From: Octopus sinensis
Taxonomy: Eukaryota
Assembly: GCF_006345805.1 (NCBI RefSeq)
Contig: NC_042998.1
Coordinates: forward strand, 27,466,001-27,530,000
DNA length: 64,000 nucleotides
Direction: 5' to 3'
The notes beneath the pieces are model-generated. The model did no database searches and had not been told where the DNA came from. It saw only the letters and a list, made by a program, of their open reading frames with translations. How positions within the stretch are numbered: the stretch's first letter is position 1; every line of letters begins with the position of its first letter. The position numbers and the translations under genes were made by a program. This document shows, in pieces, positions 63,490-64,000 of the stretch.

Positions 63490-63975
63490 AAGTTGCTGTG
63501 TGGTAAAAAAAAGCTTGCTATCCAGTCACATTGTTCCGAGTTCAGTCCCACTGCGTGGCACTTTGGCCAAGTGCCTTCTACTATAGCCTCGGGCTGACCA
63601 AAGCCTTGTGAGTGGATTTGGTTGACGGAAACTGAAAGAAGTCTGTCGCATATATTACATATACTCTTTACTCTTTTACTCTTTTACTTGTTCCAGTCAT
63701 TTGACTGCTGCCATGCTGGAGCACCGCCTTTAGTCGAGCAAATCGACCCCGGGACTTATTCTTTGTAAGCCCAGTACTTATTCTATCGGTCTCTTTTGCC
63801 GAACCACTAAGTAACGGTGACGTAAACACTCCAGCGTCTACCAAATCCGCTCACAAGGCTTTGGTTGACCCGAGGCTATAGTAGAAGACACTTGCCCAAG
63901 ATGCCACGCAGTGGGACTGAACCCGGAACCATGTGGTTGGTAAGCAAGCTACTTACCACACAGCCACTCCTGCGC
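63490..63975. mobile_element. Fold-back SINE-A pair: partial (+) copy 63490-63650 and internally deleted (-) copy 63660-63975
   Basis: The head and core of the two copies are reverse complements. Confidence 0.88.
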
Positions 63976-64000
63976 CTATATAATGTGTTATTTTCTAGTT

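Overview
This is AT-rich eukaryotic genomic DNA. From recall of its repeat families it is most likely octopus; no search was run. It is almost entirely intronic or intergenic, and no host gene could be identified. Nearly all ORFs in the supplied track are translations of microsatellites or repeats. Supported content: (1) dozens of tRNA-derived SINE copies in about 5 families, labelled A-E here; (2) many 5'-truncated RTE-clade LINE 3' ends with (GAT)n tails, plus one decayed RTE body at about 26.0-30.35 kb containing a 17-bp minisatellite; (3) CR1/L2-like, Dong/R4 and Penelope fragments; (4) piggyBac-like and hAT MITEs and one non-autonomous Helitron; (5) large microsatellites; (6) a few weak candidate exons. 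I found no clear new gene system. The most interesting signals are structural. Five hammerhead-ribozyme-like cores occur, one of them behind a tRNA-type Pol III head. A covarying 3' stem-loop is shared by SINE-A and the CR1-like LINE. SINE-B has interchangeable tails and exact 184-bp head-less multimers. There is also a 120-bp palindrome and an 87-bp target-site-like duplication. Repeat boundaries were read by eye and are approximate (about +/-10 bp) unless stated otherwise.
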